Positions 18,555 through 27,533 of a stretch of DNA of 64,000 nucleotides are shown here, in pieces. Source of the stretch: Acidimicrobiia bacterium (GTDB lineage: Bacteria > Actinomycetota > Acidimicrobiia > IMCC26256 > JAMXLJ01); the NCBI GenBank assembly GCA_036558745.1, contig DATBEZ010000027.1, positions 8,520 to 72,519 of the forward strand, given 5' to 3'. The position numbers were made by a program, and so were the translations under genes. The stretch's first letter is position 1; the number at the start of each line of letters is the position of its first letter. The notes under the pieces were generated by a model that did not search any database, was not told the DNA's origin, and was given only the letters and a program-made list of their open reading frames with translations.

Positions 18555-19874
18555 ATGAACGGTCGCGGAAGGTGGCTCGCGTACGGCCTCCTCGTCGCGT
18601 TGATCGCGACGGGCTGCTCGCAGTGGACGACGTATCACCACGACTCCGGCCGCTCGGGCAACGACCCATCCGCGGCATCGACCATCGTTCCGGTCGCGCA
18701 CAAGTGGACGTCGCCGTTCCTCGACGGCTTCGTGTTCGCGCAGCCGCTCGTGTACCACAACAAGGTCTACGTCGCGACCGAGCACGACACGGTGTACGCG
18801 CTCGATCTCTCGACCGGCGAGGTCGTGTGGAGCCGCCATCTCGCCGAGCCGATGCGCGCGACGTCGGTGGTGTGCCCGCTGAACATCGATCCGCTCGGCA
18901 TCACCGGCACGCCAGTGATCGACACCGCGTCGAACACCATCTTCGCGGTGACGGCCGAGCTCGGCCCGCCGGTCGCGCACCGTCTCTACGGCCTCGATCT
19001 CGACACAGGTGCGACGCGCGTCGACGTGTCGGCCGACCCGCCCGGCACCGACCCGACGATGGACAACCAGCGCCCGGCGCTCGCGCTCGGGAGCGGGCGC
19101 GTGTACTGGGGCTACGGCGGTGAAGACTGCGGGCAGTATCACGGCAAGGTCGTGAGCATGACGACGGACGGCACCGATCCGATCGTCTACGTCGTGCCGA
19201 CGACGAACCGCGGCTCGATCTGGAGCCCGTCGGGACCGGCGATCGACAGCGATGGCAACGTGTGGGTGACGACCGGCGACGGCACCGAGACGACGAACTT
19301 CGACCACAGCACGAGTGTGATCAAGCTCTCCCCCACGCTGCAGGAGCTCGGCTTCTTCGCGCCGAGCAACTGGGCGTCGCTGAACAGCTCCGGGCTCGAG
19401 CTCGGCTCGACCGGACCGATGATGCTCCCGGGCGGCTTGGTGTTCCAGGTCGGCAAGAGCGGCACCGCCTACGTGATCAACCAGGCCGCGCCGGGCGGTA
19501 TCGGCGGTCAGGTCACCTCGCTGTCGCTCGGCTGCGGCGCCTACGGCGGCAACGCGTTCGCCGGCGGCATGATCTTCGTCCCGTGCACGACGGGCACGCG
19601 CGGCGTCGCGCTCGACGACGGACCGACGTTGCGCGTGGTGTGGCGCGGACCGGGCGACGCGAACGGCTCGCCGACGTTCGGCGGCAACGCGGTCTGGGTC
19701 ATCGGTGTCGACAGCGGCACGCTGTACGCGCTGAACCCGACGACCGGCGCCGTGCTGCAGTCGATCGCAGCCGGCCATTCCCGGCACTTCACGTCACCAA
19801 CGATCAACGGCGACACGGTGATCGTGGCGACCGACCACATGGTCCAGGCGTACGAGCACACCACCTCGCCCTAG
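18555..19874 (+). CDS. PQQ-like / BamB-like beta-propeller repeat lipoprotein
   Basis: ATG at 18555. Signal peptide with lipobox LIATGC. Repeated VYVATEHDTVYALDLSTGEVVW-type propeller blades through to the C-terminus (TLYALNPTTGAVL). Confidence 0.85.
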   Translation: MNGRGRWLAYGLLVALIATGCSQWTTYHHDSGRSGNDPSAASTIVPVAHKWTSPFLDGFVFAQPLVYHNKVYVATEHDTVYALDLSTGEVVWSRHLAEPMRATSVVCPLNIDPLGITGTPVIDTASNTIFAVTAELGPPVAHRLYGLDLDTGATRVDVSADPPGTDPTMDNQRPALALGSGRVYWGYGGEDCGQYHGKVVSMTTDGTDPIVYVVPTTNRGSIWSPSGPAIDSDGNVWVTTGDGTETTNFDHSTSVIKLSPTLQELGFFAPSNWASLNSSGLELGSTGPMMLPGGLVFQVGKSGTAYVINQAAPGGIGGQVTSLSLGCGAYGGNAFAGGMIFVPCTTGTRGVALDDGPTLRVVWRGPGDANGSPTFGGNAVWVIGVDSGTLYALNPTTGAVLQSIAAGHSRHFTSPTINGDTVIVATDHMVQAYEHTTSP

Positions 19875-19965
19875 CAACCTCCACCGTGTGCGACGGTCCG
19901 TGAGATCGGCGAGGAGGAGGGGCTGAACTCCTCCGATCCCCCGGCGACCTGCCGAGAGACCTGGG

Positions 19966-21141
19966 ATGAATCGGCGCGCACTGGCAGGGGCCGCGGCCGC
20001 GATCGTCTGCGCGACGGCGTCGGCGGCGTCGGGTGGGATGCTGCTCGCGAGCGCGGTCAAGTCCGGTCCGTCGGGAGCGGTGCGCGCGACGATCACCTTG
20101 GTGCACGCGGCGGCACGTCAGCTCGACCACGTCGACGCGGTGCAGACGACCTACGGCCTGACGACCGGCGTCGCGACCGACCTCCTCGCCCTGCACGCCC
20201 TGCGAGGTGCCGACGACGGCTCGCTCGACCAGCTCCGGCCGGCGGCCGACGCGACCGTGCGCAGCGTCACCCGTTCCCAGCTCGTCGACATGATCGGCAC
20301 GCTGCAGAGCCAGCTCGCCGATGCGGCACGCAAGCTCGAGGTCCCGCACGATGCCGAACCCGCCGTCCGTCGCGTGACCGCGCCGTTCGACCCCGCGGTG
20401 GTGCGGGGCCTCCGCGCGGGAACCCTGACGCTCGACGCCGCGCCGTACGCGAGCGCGCTGCAATGGATGCAGGGCGAGGTGACACGCGCCCGCGACGAGG
20501 CGTCCCAGGCGCGTCAACAGATCCAGCATGCCGCGCTGCCGGCGCACGGATCACGCAACCTCGCCCTGCTCGCGCTCGGAATCGTCATGATGGCGTGCGC
20601 GGCGGGCCTCGCGGTCGTCGTCGTGGTCGGGGCGATGCGCCAGAGCGAGCTGACCAGGGGCGCGTTCACCGACGTGTTGACGCGCACGCCGAACCGCCGC
20701 CGGCTCGAGGACGACCTCGACGCGCTCGACGCCGCGGCGGCTACCGACGTCGCGGTGCTCATGGTCGACATCGACCACTTCAAGAAGCTCAACGACCTGG
20801 CCGGTCACACGTCCGGTGACCGCGCGCTCACGCGCGTCGCGGGCGTCGTGAGCGCGTGCCTGCGTCAGGACGACACCCTCTACCGCTACGGCGGTGAGGA
20901 GTTCTGTGTGCTCCTTCCGGGTGCGACGAACGAGGCCGCGGTCGCGGTCGCCGATCGCATCCGGGCCGCGGTCGAAGCGGTCGCCGTCGACGGTGAGGAG
21001 CGCCTTCCGGCCGGGCGACTCACGGTGTCGGTCGGGGTCGCCACGTGCGGGTCCCCCCGCGACGGGCTCCGGGCCGCCGACGACGCGCTCTACGAAGCCA
21101 AGCAGCAGGGTCGGAACCAGGTGGTCGCTGCGGGCGTGTGA
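19966..21141 (+). CDS. membrane-anchored diguanylate cyclase (GGDEF domain, GGEEF active site, RxxD I-site present)
   Basis: N-terminal signal/TM, helical extracytoplasmic region, second TM (LALLALGIVMMACAAGLAVVVVV), then LMVDIDHFKKLND..GH..GD...LRQDDTLYRYGGEEFCVLLPG. Confidence 0.9.
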   Translation: MNRRALAGAAAAIVCATASAASGGMLLASAVKSGPSGAVRATITLVHAAARQLDHVDAVQTTYGLTTGVATDLLALHALRGADDGSLDQLRPAADATVRSVTRSQLVDMIGTLQSQLADAARKLEVPHDAEPAVRRVTAPFDPAVVRGLRAGTLTLDAAPYASALQWMQGEVTRARDEASQARQQIQHAALPAHGSRNLALLALGIVMMACAAGLAVVVVVGAMRQSELTRGAFTDVLTRTPNRRRLEDDLDALDAAAATDVAVLMVDIDHFKKLNDLAGHTSGDRALTRVAGVVSACLRQDDTLYRYGGEEFCVLLPGATNEAAVAVADRIRAAVEAVAVDGEERLPAGRLTVSVGVATCGSPRDGLRAADDALYEAKQQGRNQVVAAGV

Positions 21142-21151
21142 GGCTCGGCCC

Positions 21152-21169
21152 GCTCCCCGGACGGGGAGC
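21152..21169. terminator. short GC hairpin GCTCCCC-GGAC-GGGGAGC between convergent genes
   Basis: Read from the sequence, 11 nt after the GGDEF stop. No U-tract. Confidence 0.45.
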
Positions 21170-21179
21170 TCTCAGGTGC

Positions 21180-21353
21180 TCAGTCGTCGGAGCCGCTGCG
21201 TTGGCGGGCCCGCTCGTGGGCTTCCGCCCTCGCCTTGTCGATGCTGTCGGGAACGCGATCGGCGCCTGCCCGCTCGCGGTCGAGCGCTCGTCTCGTGGTC
21301 TTCTGCGACGCATGCTCCGACGTGCGCCCGGTCGTGGTCTGCCGCTTGGCCAT
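21180..21353 (-). CDS. possible small basic hydrophilic protein (57 aa)
   Basis: Own translation: MAKRQTTTGRTSEHASQKTTRRALDRERAGADRVPDSIDKARAEAHERARQRSGSDD. High GC3. No convincing RBS and no family recognised. Confidence 0.3.
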   Translation of the reverse strand: MAKRQTTTGRTSEHASQKTTRRALDRERAGADRVPDSIDKARAEAHERARQRSGSDD

Positions 21354-21550
21354 CCGGCGAACCTATCTCGCGCCGCGCGCACTGCGCCCATTCGACCCCG
21401 CGACGCGCCGGAGCCGGGCCCGGAGGCGACCGTGACCGCCGTCATGTCGCCGGGTCCCGGCGAGCCATCGGCCCGGCTCGGCACCGCGTAGCCTCGACCG
21501 GTGCTCCGCTCCACGGGATGCCCGTCGCCGCGTCTGGGTATGCCTTCGGG

Positions 21551-22744
21551 ATGACCGGACCCGAGGCGTTGCTCATGGACGTCGGCGGCGTGTTCCTGCT
21601 GCCCGACCACGACCGGATCCGTGGCGCGTTCGTACGGGCCGAGAGCACGGTGTCCCCCACCGACGAGGCCTTGGACCGGGCGCACTACGTCGCCGCCGCG
21701 GGGTTCACGACCGCGGTCGACGCGCTGGACGACTGGGCCGCGTGCTGGCAGGCGTATCTCCGCGACTATGTCGACGCGTGCGCGGTGCCGCCGGCGGAGC
21801 GCGACGAGGTGCACCGCCACCTCGACAGCGAGTTCGCCGACGCCGCGCTGTGGTCGAGCGTCGTGCCGGGCGTGCGCGAGGGTCTCGAGCTCGTCGCCGG
21901 TACCGGCGTGCAGCTCGGCATCGTGTCGAACGCCGACGGCGTGATGGCCGAGCGTCTGCGCGGGCTCGAGCTCCTGCAGGTCGGTCCGGGAGTCGGCGTG
22001 GAGGTGGGGTGCGTCATCGACTCGGGCGCGGTGGGCGTCATGAAACCCGATCCGCGCATCTTCGAGCTCGCGCTCGACGCGCTCGGCCTCGAGGCCGAGG
22101 CGGCGTGGTACCTGGGTGACATCCCCGGCATCGACGTGGTCGGCGCGCGGCGCGCCGGTCTTCGGCCGTTCCTGATCGACCCCTCGGGTCTGCATCACGA
22201 CGCCGACTTCGACCGTGTCGACTCGCTCGCCACGATCGCGGGCCGCGTCACAGAGGCGCGGCAGGTGCGCCATCGGACCGAGGGCGAACGCCGCTTCGGC
22301 CTCGCGTCGGCGCGCGCGGCCGCGGGAAGTGACGAGGACATGGCCCGATGGGTCGGCGACTTCCTCGCCAGTCGCGGGAGCGACAACGCCACGCTCGCGT
22401 CGGGGCTGGCCCAACGACCCCACTGGTGGGCCGGCCCGCTGCGCGTGCGCGTCGACGACCTGGTCCGTCTCGCAGGCCCCGAAGGTGACGATGTGCTCTG
22501 CCCGGTCGAACCCGAGGAATGGGAGCACGACGTCGACGACATGGCCTCGCACCTCGACGACGGATGGGAGCCGCCACCCCTCATCGCAGAGTTCGACCGC
22601 GGCCGACTGCTCCTCCAGGACGGTAACCACCGCTACGAGGCACTGGTCCGCTCCGGCGAGCGCGAGGCCTGGGTCATCGTGTGGTTCGACGACCGCGCCG
22701 AACGCGACCGCTTCGTCGCCGCGCAACCCGCGCCGATCGCGTAG
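21551..22744 (+). CDS. fusion protein: HAD-superfamily hydrolase N-domain + ParB/sulfiredoxin-fold (DGNHR) C-domain
   Basis: N-domain: LLMDVGGVFLL (motif I with only the first Asp), GIVSNAD (motif II), KPDPRIFELAL and WYLGDIPGIDVVGARRAG (motifs III/IV). C-domain: PPLIAEFDRGRLLLQDGNHRYEALVRSGE. ATG 21551 chosen (ATG 21518 also possible). Confidence 0.75.
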   Translation: MTGPEALLMDVGGVFLLPDHDRIRGAFVRAESTVSPTDEALDRAHYVAAAGFTTAVDALDDWAACWQAYLRDYVDACAVPPAERDEVHRHLDSEFADAALWSSVVPGVREGLELVAGTGVQLGIVSNADGVMAERLRGLELLQVGPGVGVEVGCVIDSGAVGVMKPDPRIFELALDALGLEAEAAWYLGDIPGIDVVGARRAGLRPFLIDPSGLHHDADFDRVDSLATIAGRVTEARQVRHRTEGERRFGLASARAAAGSDEDMARWVGDFLASRGSDNATLASGLAQRPHWWAGPLRVRVDDLVRLAGPEGDDVLCPVEPEEWEHDVDDMASHLDDGWEPPPLIAEFDRGRLLLQDGNHRYEALVRSGEREAWVIVWFDDRAERDRFVAAQPAPIA

Positions 22745-22782
22745 GTCGACGAGCGCGGCCGCGGGTCGAAGAGGTCGAGGAG

Positions 22783-23313
22783 ATGGCAGACCCGAACTGG
22801 GCCGAGCAGGTCACCGCGATCGCGACCGCCGTCGGCGCCATCGGTCTGGTCAGCGCGATCGGCGCGACCTTCTTCGCGGCGCGACAGGTCCGCGAGGCGC
22901 GCCAGACCCGCCAGGCCCAGACCGCCGCCGACTTCCTCCGCCGCTGGGACGAGGACGCGCTGGTCGAGACGCGCCGTCTCGTCGCCGGGTACGCGTCGAA
23001 GGAGGAGCTGCGCGCCGCCTTCGCGCGCTTCCGGGAGACGAACGCGCGCGAGGCGTACGTGCTGTACCGGGAGCTCGACTACTTCGAGCAGCTCGCCGCG
23101 TTGGAGCGGCTCGGCGCCGTGCACCTGGACCTGATCGACGCGTTGCTCGGCGTCCGCCTCGTCGACCGGTGGGACCTGTGGCAGCCGTCGGTGACCGACA
23201 TGGGCGAGGACGTGTACCCGCTGTTCCGCAGGCTCGCGGAGCGACTCCGCCAGACCTACCGCCCGCCGGCCCGTTCATCGCTTGCGACACACCGGCGCGG
23301 GTCCGCACACTGA
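22783..23313 (+). CDS. hypothetical N-terminally membrane-anchored helical protein
   Basis: ATG 22783 after GAGGAG. One TM (VTAIATAVGAIGLVSAIGATFFAA), then a ~130-aa helical domain. The architecture is reminiscent of DUF4760-type proteins, but this is not verified. Confidence 0.6.
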   Translation: MADPNWAEQVTAIATAVGAIGLVSAIGATFFAARQVREARQTRQAQTAADFLRRWDEDALVETRRLVAGYASKEELRAAFARFRETNAREAYVLYRELDYFEQLAALERLGAVHLDLIDALLGVRLVDRWDLWQPSVTDMGEDVYPLFRRLAERLRQTYRPPARSSLATHRRGSAH

Positions 23314-23477
23314 GTCGTCTTCCGACCCGGGAGGGTGTGTGTCCACGAGGGTGCCCGCCGCAGAGATCCGCGCCGTGTGACGAACCCGGTGCGACCTGGC
23401 GCGAACCGGCTCGCCGGCGCGCCGTCGCCCCGGCACGCGACGCTGTCCTCTGTACGGCATCACTCGGGAGGTACCCG

Positions 23478-23849
23478 GTGTCGCGCGACCAGCGCAACCG
23501 TTCACACATCCGCGTCGCGGGCACGTTCACGTGCGGGCACTGCCACGCCAGCATCCCGCTCGTCGCGTCCGGAACCCGCCATCGCAACCACTGCCCGCAA
23601 TGCCTGTGGAGCCGTCACCTCGACGACATCCCCGGTGACCGGGCCGCGGACTGCGCGTCGCTCATGGAGCCCTTGTGCATCGCGGTGCGCGGCGACGGCG
23701 AGTGGCTCATCGTCCATCGCTGCACCGGTTGTGGTGACCTCGACCTCAACCGGACGTCGGGCGACGACAACCCGCTCCTCCTCGTCCGGCTCGCGGTCCG
23801 TCCGATCGCGCAACCGCCGTTCCCACTCGACTGCCTCGCCGAGCTCTGA
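23478..23849 (+). CDS. RNHCP domain-containing zinc-ribbon protein
   Basis: GTG 23478 after GGGAGG. FTCGHCHASIPLVASGTRHRNHCPQCLWSRHLDD...HRCTGCGD. Contains the literal RNHCP motif and two CxxC pairs. Confidence 0.85.
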   Translation: MSRDQRNRSHIRVAGTFTCGHCHASIPLVASGTRHRNHCPQCLWSRHLDDIPGDRAADCASLMEPLCIAVRGDGEWLIVHRCTGCGDLDLNRTSGDDNPLLLVRLAVRPIAQPPFPLDCLAEL

Positions 23850-23873
23850 AATGTGCTCAGGATCGGCGCGGCG

Positions 23874-25703
23874 TCATGAACCGTTGCCCTCGGCCACCGT
23901 GATCGCCCACGCCGCGTTGACGAGCCCGATGTGGCTGAACGCCTGGGGGAAGTTCCCCAGGAGCTCGCCGGTGACGGGATCGACCTCCTCGGCCAGCAGG
24001 CCGACGTCGTTGACGAAGACGACCGCGCGCTCGAACACCTCGCGCGCACGTTCGGGCTGTCCGGTTGCCGCGAGCGCCTCGGCGAGCCAGAACGTGCAGA
24101 GCAGGAACGTCCCCTCTTGTCCCTCGAGCCCGTCGTCGGCGCGGTAGCGGTAGACGAGACCGCGCTCGTCGGTGAGCCGTTCGGCGATCGCGTCGATCGT
24201 GGAGAGGACGCGCGGGTCGTCGGTCGGCAGAAACCCGACCACGGGGATGAGGAGGTTCGACGCGTCGAGCTCGGACGATCCGAACGACTGCGTGAACGCC
24301 TTTGCCTCGTCGCTCCAACCCTTCGTGACGACGGCCTCGTGGATCTCGTCCTGCACCCGCCGCCACTCGGAGACGCGATCGTGCGCCTCGAGCCGGTCGG
24401 CGAGCGCGATCGCGTGCTCCAGCGCCACCCAGCACATGAGCTTGGAGTACACGAAGTCGCGCGGCTCACCACGGATCTCCCAGATGCCGTGGTCCTTGTC
24501 CTGCCACCGTCGGGCCGCCGCGTCCGCGACGGCCACGAGGAACCGCCTCGTTGCGGGGCCGTGGTCGGGTACCCGGTCCGCGACCCGGCGCACCGCGCCC
24601 AGGAGCTCGCCGTACACGTCGACCTGGCGTTGGCTCCACGCTCCGTTCCCGATCCTGACCGGTGCGCTGTCGCGCCAGCCGCGCAGGTTCGGGAGCTCGC
24701 GCTCACTCAGGTCGCGCTCACCCCCGATCCCGAACATGATCTGGAGGTCGCGGCCGCGCTCCAGCGACGACGCCGCCGACACGGTGATGTACTCGAAGAA
24801 CTCGTTCGCCTCGTCCGGGCACGCGGCGACCCAGAGTGCCGCGATCGTGAAGCTCGCGTCACGCACCCACGTGTAGCGGTAGTCCCAGTTGCGCGTCCCA
24901 CCTTCCGACTCGGGCAACGACGTGGTGGCGGCCGCGCAGATCGCGCCGGTCGGTTGGAACGACAGCGCCTGCAGCACCCGGCCGCTGTGGTGCACGAGGT
25001 CGCGCCACGGCCCCTCGTAGGCCTGGTGGATCTCCGACCACGACGTCCACGCCGCGACCGTGCCGTCCAGACGCTCCGCGATCTCGTCCTGGGACCACAC
25101 CCGTGCCTCGGCACGGTCGGCGCGCTTGCGATGGTGCAACGCGAACCCGGCCCGCTCCCCCGCCGTGAGACGGAACCGGGCTCGGCCCGTCGACCCGTCG
25201 ATCGTCACGCCGACCGGGGACGAGAGGACGAGCACGTCGGCACCGCCGTGCGCGAGCACACCCCCGTCGACCGATTCGAGCAGCGGATCGATCACGCCGT
25301 ACTCCGGGCGGGGCGCGTACTCCATCGCGACGTCGACTTCACCCTCCACGCACGTCGCGACGCGCAGCAGCAGGTTCGGGACGTCGACCCCGAGCTGGTG
25401 ACCGCGGTTCCCCGGTCCGGTGCAGAGCGCGTCGGTGAGGCGCAACACCCCGGTCGCGGTCTCGAACCTGGTCTCGAGCACCATCGTGCGCTCGACGTAG
25501 CGGCGCGAGACCTCGAGCGGGTCCGGTGCGGCGATCGACCAGTGTCCGGCGTCGTCGTCGAGCAGGCGCCCGAACACCGAGGAGCTGTCGAAGCGGGGCA
25601 CGCACAGCCAGTCCACGGATCCGTCGCGGGTGACGAGCGCGGCACCGTGCCGGTCCGACAGGAGCGCGTGGTCGGCGATGGGGACCCTGCTCATGCGTGA
25701 CAT
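23874..25703 (-). CDS. glycoside hydrolase family 15 (glucoamylase/trehalase-like) protein
   Basis: PIADHALLSDRHGAALVTRDGSVDWLCVPRFDSSSVFGRLL...NWDYRYTWVRDASFT...RYRADDGLEGQEGTFLLCTFWL. Start at ATG 25703 (or 25694). Confidence 0.9.
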   Translation of the reverse strand: MSRMSRVPIADHALLSDRHGAALVTRDGSVDWLCVPRFDSSSVFGRLLDDDAGHWSIAAPDPLEVSRRYVERTMVLETRFETATGVLRLTDALCTGPGNRGHQLGVDVPNLLLRVATCVEGEVDVAMEYAPRPEYGVIDPLLESVDGGVLAHGGADVLVLSSPVGVTIDGSTGRARFRLTAGERAGFALHHRKRADRAEARVWSQDEIAERLDGTVAAWTSWSEIHQAYEGPWRDLVHHSGRVLQALSFQPTGAICAAATTSLPESEGGTRNWDYRYTWVRDASFTIAALWVAACPDEANEFFEYITVSAASSLERGRDLQIMFGIGGERDLSERELPNLRGWRDSAPVRIGNGAWSQRQVDVYGELLGAVRRVADRVPDHGPATRRFLVAVADAAARRWQDKDHGIWEIRGEPRDFVYSKLMCWVALEHAIALADRLEAHDRVSEWRRVQDEIHEAVVTKGWSDEAKAFTQSFGSSELDASNLLIPVVGFLPTDDPRVLSTIDAIAERLTDERGLVYRYRADDGLEGQEGTFLLCTFWLAEALAATGQPERAREVFERAVVFVNDVGLLAEEVDPVTGELLGNFPQAFSHIGLVNAAWAITVAEGNGS

Positions 25704-25792
25704 CGTTGCATCCGCGACCCTCTCGCCGCCGCGGGGCCACGCTGACGGAGTCCTACGCTCGTTCAGCGTCCCAACACGTGAATGGGGGTTCG

Positions 25793-26206
25793 GTGACCGA
25801 GAGCTACGACGTGCGCCCGATCGGTTGGGTGGACTCGCCACTCGTCGATCCCGCTGACGCACCGCGACAAGGCGACGAAGGCGCGCCCGACGCGTGGCTG
25901 GTGCTCGACCCTGCACTCGCGGCAGCCGCGGCCGACCTCGCAGTCGGCACCGACGTCATCGTGCTGACGTGGCTCGATCGCGCCGACCGAGACGTGCTGC
26001 GCGTCCATCCGCGCAGCGATCCGGCTGCGCCGCTACAAGGCGTGTTCAGCACGCGCTCGCCCGATCGACCCAACCCGATCGGGTTGCACACCGTGCGCAT
26101 TCTCGCGATCGACGGGGCCCGACTGCGGGTCGGCAACCTCGAAGCCCTCGACGGGACGCCCGTGCTCGACCTCAAGCCCGTGCTCGGGCCGATCGACACG
26201 CGCTGA
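25793..26206 (+). CDS. trmO: TrmO/TsaA-family SAM-dependent tRNA methyltransferase-like protein
   Basis: RPIGWVDSP...GVFSTRSPDRPNPIGLHTVRIL...LEALDGTPVLDLKPVL. GTG 25793 after GGGGG (GTG 25778 also in frame). Confidence 0.8.
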   Translation: MTESYDVRPIGWVDSPLVDPADAPRQGDEGAPDAWLVLDPALAAAAADLAVGTDVIVLTWLDRADRDVLRVHPRSDPAAPLQGVFSTRSPDRPNPIGLHTVRILAIDGARLRVGNLEALDGTPVLDLKPVLGPIDTR

Positions 26207-26218
26207 ACGTCGCCGCGC

Positions 26219-26785
26219 TCAGCGGGTCGCGATCGAGCCGAGGAAGATGACGACGTTCCCGGCGATCATGACGGCGACGACCGGATTGCGGAGCGCGCGC
26301 ACCAACCCCGCGTGCCCGGGGTCGTCGGGCGCGCTCGCGAGTCCCGAATGCTGGCGGCGCAGGATGCCGACACCGACGAGCGCGATCGTGAGCGCGGCGA
26401 CGGTCTCGACCAGCGCGGCGAAGATCGAGAGCGGGCTCGCGTTCCCCCGAACGAGGCTGTCGCTCAGGAAGCTGCGGTGCGGGGTGAAGTGCACGAAGAG
26501 GTACCCGGCGGCGAGCCCGAACCCGGCCGACGCCGCGGTGAGCGGCGCGAGCGGATGGCGTGCGAAGGCGAGCACCACGACGAGGACCTCGACGATGATC
26601 GCCGCGCTGCCGACCCAGAACACGCCCGCCGACACGGAGCCGCCCCCGCGCCGGAGATGGTCGAAGTTGTGGATCAGCACCGCGACGGCGAAGAACGCGG
26701 CCGCGGCCAGGAGCCGGCGTTGGTCCGCCGCGCTCGTCTCCTCGATCGCCGTCCGGCCGACCGTGCGTGCACCCGGGTCCGCCAC
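26219..26785 (-). CDS. hypothetical integral membrane protein (5 TM)
   Basis: 188 aa, hydrophobic helices, no family recognised. Divergent from a TetR gene across a 97-bp spacer that holds a palindrome. Confidence 0.65.
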   Translation of the reverse strand: MADPGARTVGRTAIEETSAADQRRLLAAAAFFAVAVLIHNFDHLRRGGGSVSAGVFWVGSAAIIVEVLVVVLAFARHPLAPLTAASAGFGLAAGYLFVHFTPHRSFLSDSLVRGNASPLSIFAALVETVAALTIALVGVGILRRQHSGLASAPDDPGHAGLVRALRNPVVAVMIAGNVVIFLGSIATR

Positions 26786-26819
26786 CGTGCACCCCCTCGG
26801 AGCGTGCCGCTACTCTTGA

Positions 26820-26835
26820 TAGAACGATCTTTCTA
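26820..26835. promoter_or_regulatory. candidate TetR operator: 16-bp near-perfect palindrome TAGAACGATCTTTCTA
   Basis: 14 of 16 positions are self-complementary. It is an AT-rich island in a GC-rich divergent intergenic region, between the membrane protein (start 26785) and TetR (start 26883). Confidence 0.5.
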
Positions 26836-26882
26836 GTCCACCGCCGCCGGGCGCAAGTCCGAGCGCACGAGTCGAGGCAGCC

Positions 26883-27533
26883 ATGACCACCACGTCGACA
26901 CGGGAGCGCATCGTGCGGGCCGCCGCCGAGGCCTTCCAGCGTCAGGGGTTCACCGGCACCGGGCTCAAGCAGATCTCGACCGAGAGCCGGGCTCCGTTCG
27001 GCTCGCTGTACCACTTCTTCCCGGGCGGCAAGACCGAGCTCGCGGGCGAGACCCTTCGCTTCGCCGGTCTCGGGTACCAGCAGCTGGTCGAGGCGGTGTG
27101 GGACGCGGCGCCCGACGTGGTGAGCGCGGTGCGCGTCGTGTTCGACGGCGCCGCGGAGACCCTGCGCGCCAGCGACTATGCGGACGCGTGCCCGATCGCG
27201 ACCGTCGCGCTGGAGGTGGCGAGCACCAACGACACGCTGCGCGCCGTGACCGCCGAAGTGTTCGACGGCTGGCTGGCGTCATTGACCGCGCGACTCGAAG
27301 CGGGCGGCGTTCCACCGGCACGGACGCGTGAGCTCGCCATGCTGATCCTCGCGTCGCTCGAAGGCGGGTTCCTGCTCAGCCGGGCCGCGAAGTCCACCGA
27401 GTCGATGGAGGCCATCGGCCGGTGCGTCGCGACAACGGTGCAGGCGTCCCTCGACGACGCGCCCGCGACTACGCGGAAGCGTCGGTCGGCGCGTGGACGG
27501 ACGGCAGGCCCATCGGGTTCGGGAACGGGATGA
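26883..27533 (+). CDS. TetR/AcrR family transcriptional regulator
   Basis: TRERIVRAAAEAFQRQGFTGTGLKQISTESRAPFGSLYHFFPGGKTEL. Confidence 0.9.
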   Translation: MTTTSTRERIVRAAAEAFQRQGFTGTGLKQISTESRAPFGSLYHFFPGGKTELAGETLRFAGLGYQQLVEAVWDAAPDVVSAVRVVFDGAAETLRASDYADACPIATVALEVASTNDTLRAVTAEVFDGWLASLTARLEAGGVPPARTRELAMLILASLEGGFLLSRAAKSTESMEAIGRCVATTVQASLDDAPATTRKRRSARGRTAGPSGSGTG

